Source: the human T2T-CHM13v2.0 reference genome, Homo sapiens
NCBI RefSeq assembly: GCF_009914755.1
Contig: NC_060934.1
DNA length: 64,000 nt
Reading direction: 5' to 3' (one strand)
Shown: piece after piece, positions 13,001-26,460 of the stretch
Position numbering within the stretch: position 1 is the stretch's first letter
Layout of the letters: each line of letters starts with the position of its first letter
Notes under the pieces: model-generated
Told to the model about the DNA's origin: nothing
Database searches by the model: none
What the model saw: only the letters and a program-made list of their open reading frames with translations
Program-made: the position numbers and the translations under genes

Positions 13001-14091
13001 CTCAATGAATTTAGAATTCATGTAATTCTAACAGTAGTGCCCTTAGTTCTTTGTTTTGTCGCTATTAGACCTTGTTACCACTTTGTTAATATAAATAGGG
13101 TTCACATTCCACACTTCAGGATATTAAAGCATCTCTTAAATAAAGGCCAGTAAAATTTCTTTTAAAGAGAAGGGGAAAAAGCATCTCTTAAAATATTCCC
13201 TCAGTCATGCTCCCAACAGTTTTACACCATCCTTACCCTCGGTTGTCTGATTGACAACTTTATTTTTCACTGTTAAGGCTATTTGTTGTATCCTGTTCAA
13301 ATCAGTAAAGGTATGTAAGATACGCAATTTTTCTTTGAAGAGCCAAAGTAATTTTAATTGTAGCCACATTTGATTTAGAGATAAAGATTATCCTAGAGAC
13401 CAAACTCAGAAATGTTTTTGAAGAAAAATAGTAAAACATTTTGTTTCTGACTGAAATACCTAATTGCTGACTGAGGTGGCAGTGTTTAGTGGAACTTGAG
13501 TGGTTTATTTGGATGTTAGAAATGGTGTTAAAGACTATTGTCTGTGATTAAGAACTGATAAATAGTAGAATGGGTTAAATGGTCATATATAAATGCTAAT
13601 TTTAAGAGATATCAGAATGGACTTTTCCCTTTTTAATGTAATGTTTTTTTTTTCTAGAACCATAGATTATATGATAAATATTAGTTACCTATTATAGAGA
13701 AACTTGAATTAATTTATAGTTTGTAAAGAAAAATTCTGGTTTCTCACTTGGCATAGGGTGGTATTAAATTTTTGTTAATATTTTAGTTATGACACTCTGT
13801 ACTCAAAAGCTTTTGTTTGTCTCCAGTGAAATTCAGTTGACACCTTTTAAGAGGGAGGGCTCAGGGTGGAGTAATTTCGGGAAATAGGAAATGCATCAGC
13901 CTATAAAGATTTTGCAGAGCATACCCAGAGTATCAGTAGCTTTGAACTGGGAACATTTCTGTGTGTGTTACAGTCTATATGGTGGAAACAGCCTGTGTGC
14001 AGACCTCCTCCTAAAATTCGTTAGTATGGTAGTAAAATTCATGTATTTTTTGATGACAGTAATTTACACATATTTCTCTCTTTTTCATAAG

Positions 14092-14352
14092 ATTATTGCT
14101 TCCGCCAATTACATGCTTTCAGAACTTTTTCAATTGGATGAACCTAAAAAGGAAGAAAATTCAGAATCTCCTTTAAATGAGAATTCTGATGAAAGTTATA
14201 GTGAAGAGGAGGAAGAGATGCCCGACAGTGATGAAAATGGATCCTATAGCACCAGCTCTGATCCATCAGATGATAGCAAAGCAGTAGCTATAATCAAGTC
14301 TGTTGGAGAACTATCAGTACCAGAAAAATACAAATCTATTCATCAAATCAGA
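14092..14352 (+). CDS. EDRF1: EDRF1 exon 13, includes acidic/Ser-rich tract SDESYSEEEEEMPDSD
   Basis: cataag|ATT...AGA|gtaagc; 261 nt. Confidence 0.93.
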
Positions 14353-15119
14353 GTAAGCCTTTAGAATTTATATTAAATTTTTATCAAGGAAACATAATTG
14401 TTAATCGAATATAGTTAGCCTTTCAAAAGATACCATTACTTCAATAAACCTTTCATGGTCTAGCATCTAGTAATCATTAGTTTTCTGAATTCTTAAAGTT
14501 GGTTTTATAATTGTTCGAGGGTAACTGACCCACATTATGCAAGCCTATAGTGGACAGGTGTGTAAACCAGGTGTCTGTCTATTCTTATGTGAAGGATTTT
14601 CCTTTCCAGTGACCAGTGTGTAGTCATAGTCATGTCTCATTACTAGGGCACTTCTATCCGGTGTTGGGGTTGCTGGGAAATGACATATATAGATTGCTTG
14701 GTGAACATAGAGTAGAGAAGGGGGTGGCTCTTGGAACTGTATATGGTGAGCTCTGGTACATTATCCCTGTGCTATATAGGACAGTACTTTTTTCGTGACT
14801 CTTGTGGTCATGTCTGTTGTATTGGACATGTCTCTGCCCTGGAGAGGGCCAGACAGATTTCTCCCTGTGTGGATTGCACTGACTCTACCATCAGTGTATC
14901 TCCAGGCAGTATATACCTTTCAACATACCGTCTCCCTGTGATTAGATCCAGGCCAGCCTTAAGAGTTCTGGCTGTTCCCTGAACTGAAATACAGTCGTAT
15001 TTACAGATAATCTCTTAATTTAAGCACTGAGTGTAACTTTCAGATGGAAACTCTAAGCAAGTTTTTGAGGGGCTATGTCTGTCACCTTAAAACATTGACC
15101 ATCTTTCTGACCTTCACTT

Positions 15120-15485
15120 GCTCCATTGGTTTGCCGTGGCCATGCTGGGTTTTTTTTCTCTCAAAAGCATCAAGATTATGCTCATTGGAGGGTCTTTGTA
15201 TTTGCTGTTGCTTCTGCTTGGAATGTACCTACCCTAGGTCTGTTCATGGCTGCCTTTTTTAAGGCTTAAGTCTTGACTGAAATGTTGCCTCTTCAGGGAG
15301 ATGTTCCCTGACCACTCTGGCCAAAGCATGCTCTACTTTTTTGTCCTTCAAGGAGCCTATCTGTTCCTGAAGTTCTTAATGTTTGTCTTGCTTCACTAGA
15401 ACGTAAGCTCCCTGCAGGTACAGACCCTCTATCTCCCATGTCTAGAACACATTATGGGTGCTCAGTAAATATTTGACTAAATGAC
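15120..15485. mobile_element. L2 fragment
   Basis: ctagaacgtaagctcc...gtgctcagtaaatatttg, typical L2 3' end. Confidence 0.6.
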
Positions 15486-16365
15486 TGCAGGAAAAAGTCA
15501 TTAACTGTCCATCTAAATTTTAGTTCACTTTCAGCTTGAACTTCCACAGTGGAGTGAAAAAATGTTCTGGTTATAATCATTGATTGCAAAAGTTACATGT
15601 ATCTGGAAAACTGCATTGTAACACTAGGCCATGGACTTACGGGGCAATTAGGTAATAATTAAAGATGTAATGAGTTAGTGTCACTATTTTTCACAGATAG
15701 CACTTTCTGTTCCGTATCTGAAGCACTCAAAAAATGCAGTCTTAGTATTCATATAAACATGTCTTTAGTTAGCCTTTCCTTATCCTCATTGAATGACTTT
15801 GTGGTATGGACAGTCAGCATGAGCTCCAGGGTCCCAGCTCCCCACTCACTCACCGTGTCCTCAGACAAATTGCTAAACTGTCTGTGCATGCTTCTCTTCT
15901 GTGCAATGAGAACAGTAATTCCAACCCCACGGGATTCAGCGAAATGAAATGCTTCACAGAAGCCCCTACACATAATATCCTTCATAGTTGGAGGTTGCTA
16001 GCTGCTTTTGCTCCTTAATTAAGCAAATAAATTAAACAACGAGAATATTGGTGATACTTGTTATTTCTAAATTGACGCTAATTGTTAATTGTGTTTTGTC
16101 CAGTATCGGTGCTAATTATGAGTGGAGCTGACCTATTAGATGATGTCTATATTTGTCTAAAACATTACTACTCTAGTTCTTGCTTTTTTGTCATAATAGA
16201 ATTGTATTTAAAATTGTAAGTACTTAAAGCAACATATATGTTGTAGGATCTTTTTAAGCAAGATTTTTGTTGATAATGCTTACAGTAATTTAATCTTCAA
16301 CAAAAACAGTATGTTGACCTTAATACATTGGTAGTGTATTAATAATTTTATGTTTGTTCCTCAAG

Positions 16366-16437
16366 CCCAGTTGTGCATTTCCAGTTTGCCATGACACAGA
16401 AGAGCGCTGTAGACTTGTGCTTAGCTATGTTCTAGAG
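16366..16437 (+). CDS. EDRF1: EDRF1 exon 14, PSCAFPVCHDTEERCRLVLSYVLE
   Basis: ctcaag|CCC...GAG|gtaagt; 72 nt. Confidence 0.9.
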
Positions 16438-16742
16438 GTAAGTTTAAGTTTAGTCTTCACTTTTTTAGTAAAGTTTGTACTTGATTATGCAAATTACACT
16501 TGTTTGTTGGTATCTAAATGTTATTCTGAATTGTGTTCTGCTGCGATTTTTTTTTCCTTAAGCATAAAGTGAAAATCAGATTTGTTTTTCCCAAATCTTT
16601 CAGATCAAACATAGTTTTTGAAAGTCTGTTTGTGAGATGGAAATTTTCCTAAACGTATTCAGTAGTCCAGATACTGTCTTATATTTAGTTTTCAGTTGAC
16701 CTGAAGTTAGATATATAGTGAATGCTTTTCCTTTTTTTGCAG

Positions 16743-16893
16743 GGTTTAAAATCTGTCGATAGCAGCATCAAAAAAGAAAGCGACCTTCCAGCAGCTGACC
16801 CCAGCACTCCAATCCCGTTAAAATATGAAGATGAATCCTCAAGAGGGGGTCCCGAGGGGCTAGAGAAGCAGATGGCCTTGTTTTTGGACAAAA
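16743..16893 (+). CDS. EDRF1: EDRF1 exon 15, GLKSVDSSIKKES...ALFLDK
   Basis: ttgcag|GGT...A|gtaagt; 151 nt. Confidence 0.93.
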
Positions 16894-17169
16894 GTAAGTT
16901 GAATTGATGTGCAAATAAGGCCTTCAATAGAATAATACACTGGTTCTTTATCAACAGCAGACTTATGTCAATTAAGGCATTAATTGAAAGGCATTGAGAA
17001 AAAGATATCCTGTGAACTGGAATTAGGGGTAGTATTCTTTCATTTGAAATATAAAAAGGATAATTTTGATGTTTCATGGACATTTCTAATAAGAGCATAA
17101 GGAGCCTGCATCTTCCTGTTACCCACAGTGGGGAACTAATGCTTCAGCCTGGTGGAGTTCTCGCTGGAT

Positions 17170-17390
17170 CGTGTAGGAGCCACAGACTTAGCCAGACTGC
17201 CTAACTTCATATCTTGGCTTTGCGAGGGCAAGTTGCTCCACTTCTTTGAGTCACTTTTTATCTCTTTCAAAATGGAGACGATAATAATGGTTTCTTTAAA
17301 GGGTTGTTAAATGATTAAATGATTAATATATGTAAAGTGCTCAGAACAGTGTACATAATAAGCACTATAGAAGTGTAGGCTGTTGTTACT
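17170..17390. mobile_element. MIR
   Basis: aaaatggagacgataataat...gtaaagtgctcagaacagtg. Confidence 0.65.
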
Positions 17391-18910
17391 GCACAGTACT
17401 TGAATAAGCTACAAATGTCACTTTTAAATTATCTAGTTCTTCAGGAATATAACATCATGAAGAATATATGGACTTCGAAGCAGAAGTTGTGAATTTCTTA
17501 TTTTAACCTAAGTTGTATTTCTTTTTCCAACCTTATTTCTTTCCCCCTTTTAAATCAGTTTCAATTGTTTAAAAAAAAAAAAAGTGTAGAAAGCCTGTAT
17601 GTTTGAAGTACATCTGAATCATAGTGGAAGCGCTTTCTGGACCCTTCTTCTTTTCCTGAACAAACATGGTGGAGGTAGGAGAGGAATAGATTTATTTCCC
17701 CAGCATTTATATAGTGCTGCTGGTATGCCAGGCTTCGGCCTACAGGCAGTAAGGAGATCACACCAGGACTTTTGCCATTCTTTTTTTCTGAAATGCCTTT
17801 TCTGTCTCCTTCTCCATCTCCCCTGTTGAAAATCCTGCTCAAGCTCAGAATCTCCATGTTTCCCTCTGTTCTCCATCAGAATTACTTGATTCTCTTACCA
17901 CTTTGTCCTGTGAGCCTGCCTTATGTCAGAGTTCCAGCATTAAATGGTTTTACACACACATGCACACACACGGTTGTGAACAAGAACTTCATCTTAATTT
18001 TAGTTTCTCACAATGCCTCTTACTCACAGATGATGCTTATATCAGCAGAGGAAAAAAATCCATACACACATTAAACCATAATGAAGACTAAGTACCTTTC
18101 ATTGCCTTGAAAGACTTGTGTTCTAGCTGATTAAAAAATGAGAAACCTTCAGGCTGGGGGAAGGGGTGGGTGTTTTTGTTATTTGCAGAGCAAAATTTTC
18201 CACAGTATTTTGTTCTTTGTCTGTTAATTACACTTAACATATTTTGTTGTGGTTTATGTTATCAAGGATAGAGGCCATATAACTTCATGTCACAGTTTCC
18301 AGTGCCTGGCACAGTACTTGGCAGAAAAATGATCATTTGTTGAGTAAAGAAGGTAGCGATGGGCTGGACTTTAAATAAAGAGTATTCCTTGTAGAGGAAA
18401 CAGTAAACTAAGATGGGAGATAGGAAAAACAGGCATGTTTATAGGTGACAAGCAGTAACTTAACATTGGCTGATGGGTAGTAGGATGGACAAGTAGGAAG
18501 TGAGACTGAGAAACATGCAACTAGCTAAGTGGGGAGAAGCCGTTTTCATGTTTGAGGACAGGCTTTCACGCTGATCTAAGCTGTGCTTTAGGAAGGTAAA
18601 CTTTGACAGGTTGACACATAGACTGGAAAAAGGAGACAGGTGTCACTCATGAGGTTAGCTATGTCAGTGACACTGGAAGAGAATGACAGAGTTGCCGATG
18701 TCAGGGAAGCAGAAGGCCTTAGAACTCCCAAGTGAGAGTCTTTTAACACGGCCATTTCACTCCAGTGTATTTAAGCAGTAAAGCATAGTATTTACCAGTC
18801 TTGTCACCTAAGTCTAGAGTGTTTCCATCAAGAAACAGAAAATATTTTTTGTGCATGAGACTTACAGTCAAATGAAATGTGCTGTCTTTTTTTTTCTCTC
18901 CATGTCACAG

Positions 18911-19099
18911 TGGGCTCCCTTCAGAAGGGCAATTATTCCAGTCAATCTGGAATGATCCCTGGCTCTTGGCAACATAAAATGAAACTTCAGCTGATTCTCA
19001 AGTCATCAAAGGCCTATTATGTTTTGTCCGATGCTGCCATGAGTCTTCAGAAATACGGAAGAGCATTACGATACATTAAATTAGCTTTGCAAAGCCATG
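18911..19099 (+). CDS. EDRF1: EDRF1 exon 16, GSLQKGNY...IKLALQSH
   Basis: tcacag|TG...G|gtaagc; 189 nt. Confidence 0.93.
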
Positions 19100-19444
19100 G
19101 TAAGCCACTATAAATGAATATGTTTAATAGGCACTGGGAAGAGAGAACAGAGAAGGCATCTGAATCACAGTGGAAGTTTACTCCTATTTTTCTAGTAAAT
19201 CTTTATTTTAAAATGACTGTTTCCAATCCTGTGTGTGTTACCTTCTATTTTAGTTTCTGCTCAGTGGTTTAACATCTCTTTGCTTTGAACTACATGAAGC
19301 CGTAATATGTATTGTTGGACCTAAAATAAACAGAATAGATACAGTGCTACAAAGCGTTCAGCTGGTAACACAGTTTCTTCATATTTCCTATGATCATTAA
19401 TTTTTTTCTGCATTTGTGTTTTTTCTTCTTCCCTCCCTTTCTAA

Positions 19445-19988
<544 letters not shown>

Positions 19989-20112
19989 TGCTGTTTTATT
20001 CATTTCCTAATTTTAAGATTAAGCATGATCTTGTGTATTTGTATAAAATGGTTTTTAAGTATTTTATAATTACTGTTTATATAACTAGAACTAAATATAA
20101 AGTAAGATATGA

Positions 20113-20441
<329 letters not shown>

Positions 20442-21505
20442 TTGTGTCAGCTTTTTACACTCTTCTTTTCATGAGGTTCTTCTAGGTAACACTTGTAGTC
20501 AGCTAACAAAGCCATAGGTTTCCTTTTGAAAGGTATAACAGTTGGTGAAGGAGGTTAATTAACCTTCTGAATGATTCCTTGGGGCTGAAATAAAGTGATC
20601 ATTGTTTTTAAAGTTAGTTCATAGCCACCTGTCTTGCTTAATATGTCACTCTGTTTGGAATTGTCAGGCTTTAAAACTGGGAAGTAGAATAATCTGATCC
20701 GCAGCAGCGATATCCCTCCCTCTTACCTCAGCACAGTGTGTAACCACGCTGCCATTAACACAGTGAATGAAGTAAAAGATGAGTCTTCTGAAGGTGCTTC
20801 TGTAATGTCTCATGGGGTTGTTTTATTATGCTCTTAAATTGTTATACTGAATATTACTTGATGTTTGCCTCCCAGAGTTTTAGACAATTCATAGCTAGAG
20901 GAGTATACTGGGGGAGAGGGAAAAATGTGTTATTTTGTAATAGTTTTGCCCTTTCTTCCCCTCTCTCCGTCTTTCTCAAATAATCATGTTTTAATGTAGT
21001 AGGAAAGTCCTTGGTGTATTTTTACTACTCCCATCATAGCAATTTCAGTTAAATATTCTTTTTACTCTAGTCCCCACTAGATGGCATTTTTAATCTTCGA
21101 GGGCTTCTGTAGCAGCCTCTTCAGTGACTTAAAGTTAATATTGGGACATTATTTCAAGAACTATTTCCATTAGTTAAAAATAGCAACTTTACTTTGTATT
21201 AGTGGACAACTTTAGGTCCATTCTAATAAACAAGTGTACCTGGGAAAACCTGGGTCACAGAAATTGTTTGATATTCATAGGCAGGAAAATATTTTTATCC
21301 AACATTAATATCCCAAGAAATATAATTTTATAAATAAATAGATCTTTATTATGAAACTTAAATATTGTTGTATTGATTGAATCTTGGTATACTTACACTA
21401 TATTGCATTTTTTATTACTTAGAATTTAGAATCTCAGGTTCATTTGGATACTGAGGAAGAAGGAATCACATGATTCGCATTGATGTATCCCTTTTTTCTT
21501 TTCAG

Positions 21506-21724
21506 GATTTGCATGGGCAACTGATTTGTCTACAGACTTAGAAAGTCAACTCTCTGTTAGTTGTAAATGTTATGAGGCTGCTAATGAAATCTTGCAGTTT
21601 AGTGACTTGAAAAGCCAAAATCCAGAACACTATGTACAAGTATTAAAGAGAATGGGTAACATTAGAAATGAAATTGGTGTGTTTTACATGAATCAGGCTG
21701 CTGCATTACAGAGTGAGAGACTAG
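21506..21724 (+). CDS. EDRF1: EDRF1 exon 18, FAWATDLSTDLE...LQSERL
   Basis: tttcag|GA...G|gtgagt; 219 nt. Confidence 0.93.
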
Positions 21725-22318
21725 GTGAGTATCTCTTTAGATTCCTCTCTATTGCTTGTTCTCTCAGAAAATTATGCTAATTTTGTATGAGTCAAGCAAA
21801 GAACTGTGGCACTTGATTTTATATCATAAAGAGGTGCTCTATTAGAGAACCTCTTATTATTCTTAAGAAATAGAATTAGGAACACATGATTTTCCCTTGG
21901 AATGAATTATTTCAATGTTCTTCATTCTTACTTTTGTACTCACTCCATCTGATCAATTCAGAAGCAAATGGGACATCCAGCCATGTGCCAGGCTCTATGT
22001 TGGATATGTAACTGGCTAAAATATGGTTCTCTCTTCATGTTGGGAAGCTAGATAGGAACACAAAGCCTCAAAATGCTGTGGATGAGTACCGACGAAGTAT
22101 AATGGGAGACTGGGGAAATAAGACATTTATGGAGGTTGTAAGTTAGAAGGCTTTTGGGAAAGTGTTGTTGAGCAGGGTGATGCAGGATGTGTAGAGCATC
22201 AGCCGGCAAATGTGAGGAAAGGAGGGCACTCCAGACCAAGGAGGCGGTGTGAGGAAGAAGCCAGGGATCTCAAAGGGTGCAAGTGTACGTTTAGAGGGAG
22301 CAAGAGGCCTGTGTGAGG

Positions 22319-22400
22319 AAGATGTGGGATAGTGGGTAAGTAAGATGTGGGATGGTGTAGTAAGATGTGGGATGGTGTAAGTAAGATGTGAGATGGTAAA
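22319..22400 (+). repeat. Short tandem repeat, ~20-22-nt unit (aagatgtgggatggtgtagt) x4
   Basis: Directly visible. Confidence 0.85.
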
Positions 22401-22644
22401 CCATTTGGGCCCATGTTGAATTTGAGTTCACTATGGAACATGTATGTGAAAGGTATAATTTGTAGTCAATTTGAAGTGTGCTAAGAGCTGTAGGGCTAGT
22501 GAGACAGACTGAGAACCATTCACATAAAGGTAATAGTTGAAGCCGTGAGAATAGATAAGAATGTAAAGCCTGGACACAGGGACAGAACAGAAAGGGGCTG
22601 AGGTAGAACTGAGGTGAGCAGGTAAGCTGAACATCTGTGGGCCT

Positions 22645-22931
22645 TTGGTTTTGGTTTTGGTTGTTTCTTTTTTTTTTTTTTTTAGAGACAGGGTTTTACT
22701 CTGTCGCGCAGGCTAGAATGCAGTGGCATAATCATAGCTTGCCACAGCCTCGAACTCCTGGGCTCAAGCAATCCTCTCACCTCGGCCTCCCAAGTAATTT
22801 TTAAAAATTTTTTTAGAGATGAAGTCTTGCTGGGTTGCCCAGGCTGGTCTCGGACTCCTGGCCTCAGGCAGTCCTCACGCTTTGGCTTCCCAAAGTTCTG
22901 GGATTACAGGCATGAGCCACTGCACCCAGCC
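22645..22931 (-). mobile_element. Alu (AluJ-like, small internal deletion)
   Basis: Antisense Alu consensus. Confidence 0.9.
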
Positions 22932-23240
22932 TGTGTGCCTGTTGATCTGTGAATAATGCTTGGCACTTAGGGATACAAATGTTGCCCTCAAAGAGTTCAT
23001 TGCTAGTGGGAGAACCTGTGCATTTACGGTGCATCTGGAGGGGGCAGTCAGTGAGGGAGCCTGGAAAGTGGTAGTCAGGAAGCTAGGGAAATTGGATACA
23101 ACACAGGTTGTAATCTCTTCAGACTCCATGGGGACCACGCTTTTGGATCTTCACAAAATGGCACTTTGCTCAGATGTTTTTCTTTGCTTATTTTAATATC
23201 ATTTGGTTAATAGTGAAGAGGGTTATACTTAAGTGTTGTA

Positions 23241-23614
23241 CAGTAGACCCCACTTATCCTTGGAGGATGCGTTCCAAGATCCCCAGTGGATGCCTGAAAC
23301 TGGAGAGTTTTTCAGTGCTTTTTCCTATACATACATACCTGCGATGAAGTTTAATTTACAAATTAGGCACAGTAAGAGATTAACAGCATTTACAACAGTA
23401 TGGCAGCATCGTTACTCTTGTGCTTTGGGACATTAAGTCAAAATAAGGGTTACTTGTACAAAAGCACAGCAATATTGTAACAGTCATCTGATAACCCAGA
23501 CAGCTACTAAGTGACTAATGGGTGGGCCGTGCATACAGCATGAATGTGCTGGACAAAGGGATGGTTCCCATCCTGGGTGAGGCAGAGCAGGATGGTGAGA
23601 GACTTCATCAAGCT
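23241..23614. mobile_element. MER44/Tigger7-like DNA transposon fragment
   Basis: TA|cagtagaccccacttatcc...gttccaagatccccagtggatgcctgaaac. Confidence 0.7.
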
Positions 23615-23615
23615 A

Positions 23616-23998
23616 TGTTAGTGAGCTGGGGCTGCTGTAATGAAATATCATAGACTAGGTGACATAATGAGAAATTTATTGTGTCATAGATCTGGAGACT
23701 GGAAGTTCAAGATCAAGGTGGCAGCAGCATTGGATTCCTCTCATGTTTCTACCTTGGCTTGCAGATAACCGCCTTGTCACCGTGTCCACACAGGGCCTTC
23801 TCTCTGTGCATAGCCCTGGAGTCCCTCCCTCTTTAAAAGGACACCAGTCATACTGGATTAGGATCCCACCCTTACAATCTCATTTAATCTTAATTACGTC
23901 TTTAAAGGACCTGTCCTAAATACAGTCACATTCTAAGGAACTAGGGGTTAGGGCTTCAACATATGAACTCATATGGACACGTTTACCTTCATGTAACA
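23616..23998 (-). mobile_element. MLT1 (MaLR) solo LTR
   Basis: ggctgctgtaa...ggaagttcaagatcaagg...ggggttagggcttcaacatatgaa. Confidence 0.75.
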
Positions 23999-24154
23999 GG
24001 CATGGTGAGAGCAATGAGCCGTGGTTGACTGCAGGTGACTGGCTCGCCACCACACTCCTGTCACTGCCATCCTCCTCTTATCTCATCAAGAGACAGTGCT
24101 AAGGTTTACACTGATGTCTGCTTACACAGTTGTTTTCTTTCTTTCTCTGTAAAG

Positions 24155-24378
24155 TGAGCAAATCTGTGTCTGCTGCCGAGCAACAGTTGTGGAAAAAAAG
24201 CTTTTCTTGTTTTGAAAAGGGAATTCACAACTTTGAATCAATTGAGGATGCCACCAATGCCGCCCTTTTATTATGTAACACGGGAAGGCTCATGCGGATT
24301 TGTGCGCAGGCCCACTGTGGTGCAGGGGATGAACTGAAACGTGAATTTTCACCAGAAGAAGGCTTGTATTATAATAAG
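24155..24378 (+). CDS. EDRF1: EDRF1 exon 19, SKSVSAAEQQLW...GLYYNK
   Basis: gtaaag|TG...AAG|gtaaca; 224 nt. Confidence 0.92.
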
Positions 24379-24559
24379 GTAACACATTCGCGTACATGTT
24401 GGGCCTCACCCATTCACACCTGTCATTTATTTACATTTTGCCAGTTTCACTAAAATACTATAAAACTAAAAATAATTAAACTCTGCTAATGATACAACAC
24501 CAGACAGATCGTGAAAACACTTGCAACCTGGCCTAAGACTAGTAAGAATTGAGTATTGA

Positions 24560-25400
24560 AGATGACATGTGGAATTGGAAGGGAAAAGATGATTCTGCAA
24601 ATGGTTTGTACAACGAGCATGAATGTCAAATGGATTAAAGATTGACATGGAGAAAGTGAAACTGTAAAAGTATTAGAAGAAAATATAGGTAGAGGCTTAT
24701 ATGATAGGTTACGGAAAGACTTTCCCAGCATGGCACAGTAAGCAGAAATCCTGGGTAAAAGTTGAATAAACTCAAATGTGTAAAATTAAAGTTCTAAAAT
24801 GCACAAATGTATAAAAAATAAAGATCTAAAAATGCTCAACAGAAACTGAAATTGAAAGCAAATCATAGAGATGAGAGGTTAATATACTCCTGCTGTATAA
24901 AATAAGAATCATTGAAAATAAACCACCCAAAGAGAAAAAAGAGCAAATAACCTTGAACAGAAAATGTACACATTTTTTAAAAAAAGTAAATGGCTAATAT
25001 ATATAAAAGAAAATTTTCAAAGTTTAGTTTTATTTATTTACTTTTTTGAGGCAGAGTTTCACTCTGTTGCTCAGGCTGAAGTGCAGTGGCACAGTCTTGG
25101 CTCACTGCAACCTCTGCCTCCTGGATTCAAGTGATTCTCATGCCTCAGCCTCCTGAGTAGCTGAGACTACAAGCATGTTGCCAACACGCCTGTCTCATTT
25201 TGGCATTATAATATTTTTAGTGGAGATGAGGTTTCGCCATGTTGGCCAGGCTGGTCTCAAACTCCTGGCCTCAAAATTGAGTTTTATTTATTAGATTGCC
25301 AAATTTTATGACAAATGGTCACACCCACTGTTGGAGAGGGTACAAAGATATGAGCACTCATATAATGGAGGAATTGAAGCCATTTAAATGACATTAGTGA
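24560..25400 (+). mobile_element. Old L1 3' fragment interrupted by a partial antisense Alu (25026-25273)
   Basis: aaatggattaaag...ctgtaaaagtattagaagaaaatatagg; Alu consensus in the middle. Confidence 0.65.
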
Positions 25401-25983
25401 AGAATGTTGGTGGCATAAATTTTTAAATGAGTGACCTTTTTTGATTTTCTTTTTTAAATTTATATATACACAGAAAAGAGTGAATAAATAAACACCAGAA
25501 ATGTAGAAATTATTGCTGGGTGATTAAGTGTGGTTTTGTTTTTGGTTTCAATATAATGGCCATGTATTTGAGGATTGGGGTAACAAGGTAGGAGGAGATA
25601 CTTCTTTTTACGTAAAATTTGGCAAGTTTTTAATCTAATTTACTAGTTATATAAACTGTAATTTTCATTTAGAAAGAAAAAAAAAAACAAAGGAAACAAG
25701 TGCATCATCATGCTCAGCCTGAGTCAGAAAGCAGCAGCACGGATTGGCTTCTTGTAGCCTTGAGATGGGAACACAGAGTGGTCTTCAGTCTACTCGGAAT
25801 AACTTTCTTCATTGAAATATTTTCATTGACTTACTTTTTTCATTTCCTCATAATATTGTCTCTTTATAAATTATCCCAAAATTAAATTAACATCTGGGTA
25901 GTTGTGAAGTGTGTTTTATTTTAATGTAGTATTGGTATATGTTTAAGCTGAGTCAGAAATGTACACTGTTTTCTCCTTTGCAG

Positions 25984-26142
25984 GCTATTGATTACTATTT
26001 GAAAGCGCTAAGGTCATTGGGAACACGAGACATACACCCAGCTGTTTGGGATTCAGTGAACTGGGAATTGTCCACTACTTACTTTACTATGGCAACTCTA
26101 CAGCAAGATTATGCTCCGTTATCTAGAAAAGCTCAGGAGCAG
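25984..26142 (+). CDS. EDRF1: EDRF1 exon 20, AIDYYLKALRSL...RKAQEQ (TPR-like helices)
   Basis: ttgcag|GCT...CAG|gtgata; 159 nt. Confidence 0.93.
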
Positions 26143-26310
26143 GTGATAATATTTGCTGGAGTATAAAATAAGTTCTCAATCTAATTCCCTTGTTTAACAA
26201 ATATTTAGCGTCTGTTGTCTTTTCCCTAATAAGCAGTATTTAAACGTTTTAAAAACTCCTACAGTCAGATTAGAAGCTTATTTTTTTCTCCCCCCTCAAA
26301 ACAAGAACAG

Positions 26311-26460
26311 ATTGAGAAAGAAGTCAGTGAGGCCATGATGAAGTCCCTAAAATACTGCGATGTGGATTCAGTGTCTGCTCGACAGCCCCTTTGTCAGTAT
26401 CGAGCTGCAACCATCCATCACAGGCTGGCCTCCATGTACCACAGCTGTCTGAGGAATCAG
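26311..26460 (+). CDS. EDRF1: EDRF1 exon 21, IEKEVSEAMMKSLKYC...SCLRNQ
   Basis: gaacag|ATT...CAG|gtattg; 150 nt. Confidence 0.92.

Noticed and set aside
22319-22400. Repeat-spacer-like array of ~21-nt units
   Set aside because: Simple head-to-tail tandem repeat without unique spacers; not CRISPR-like
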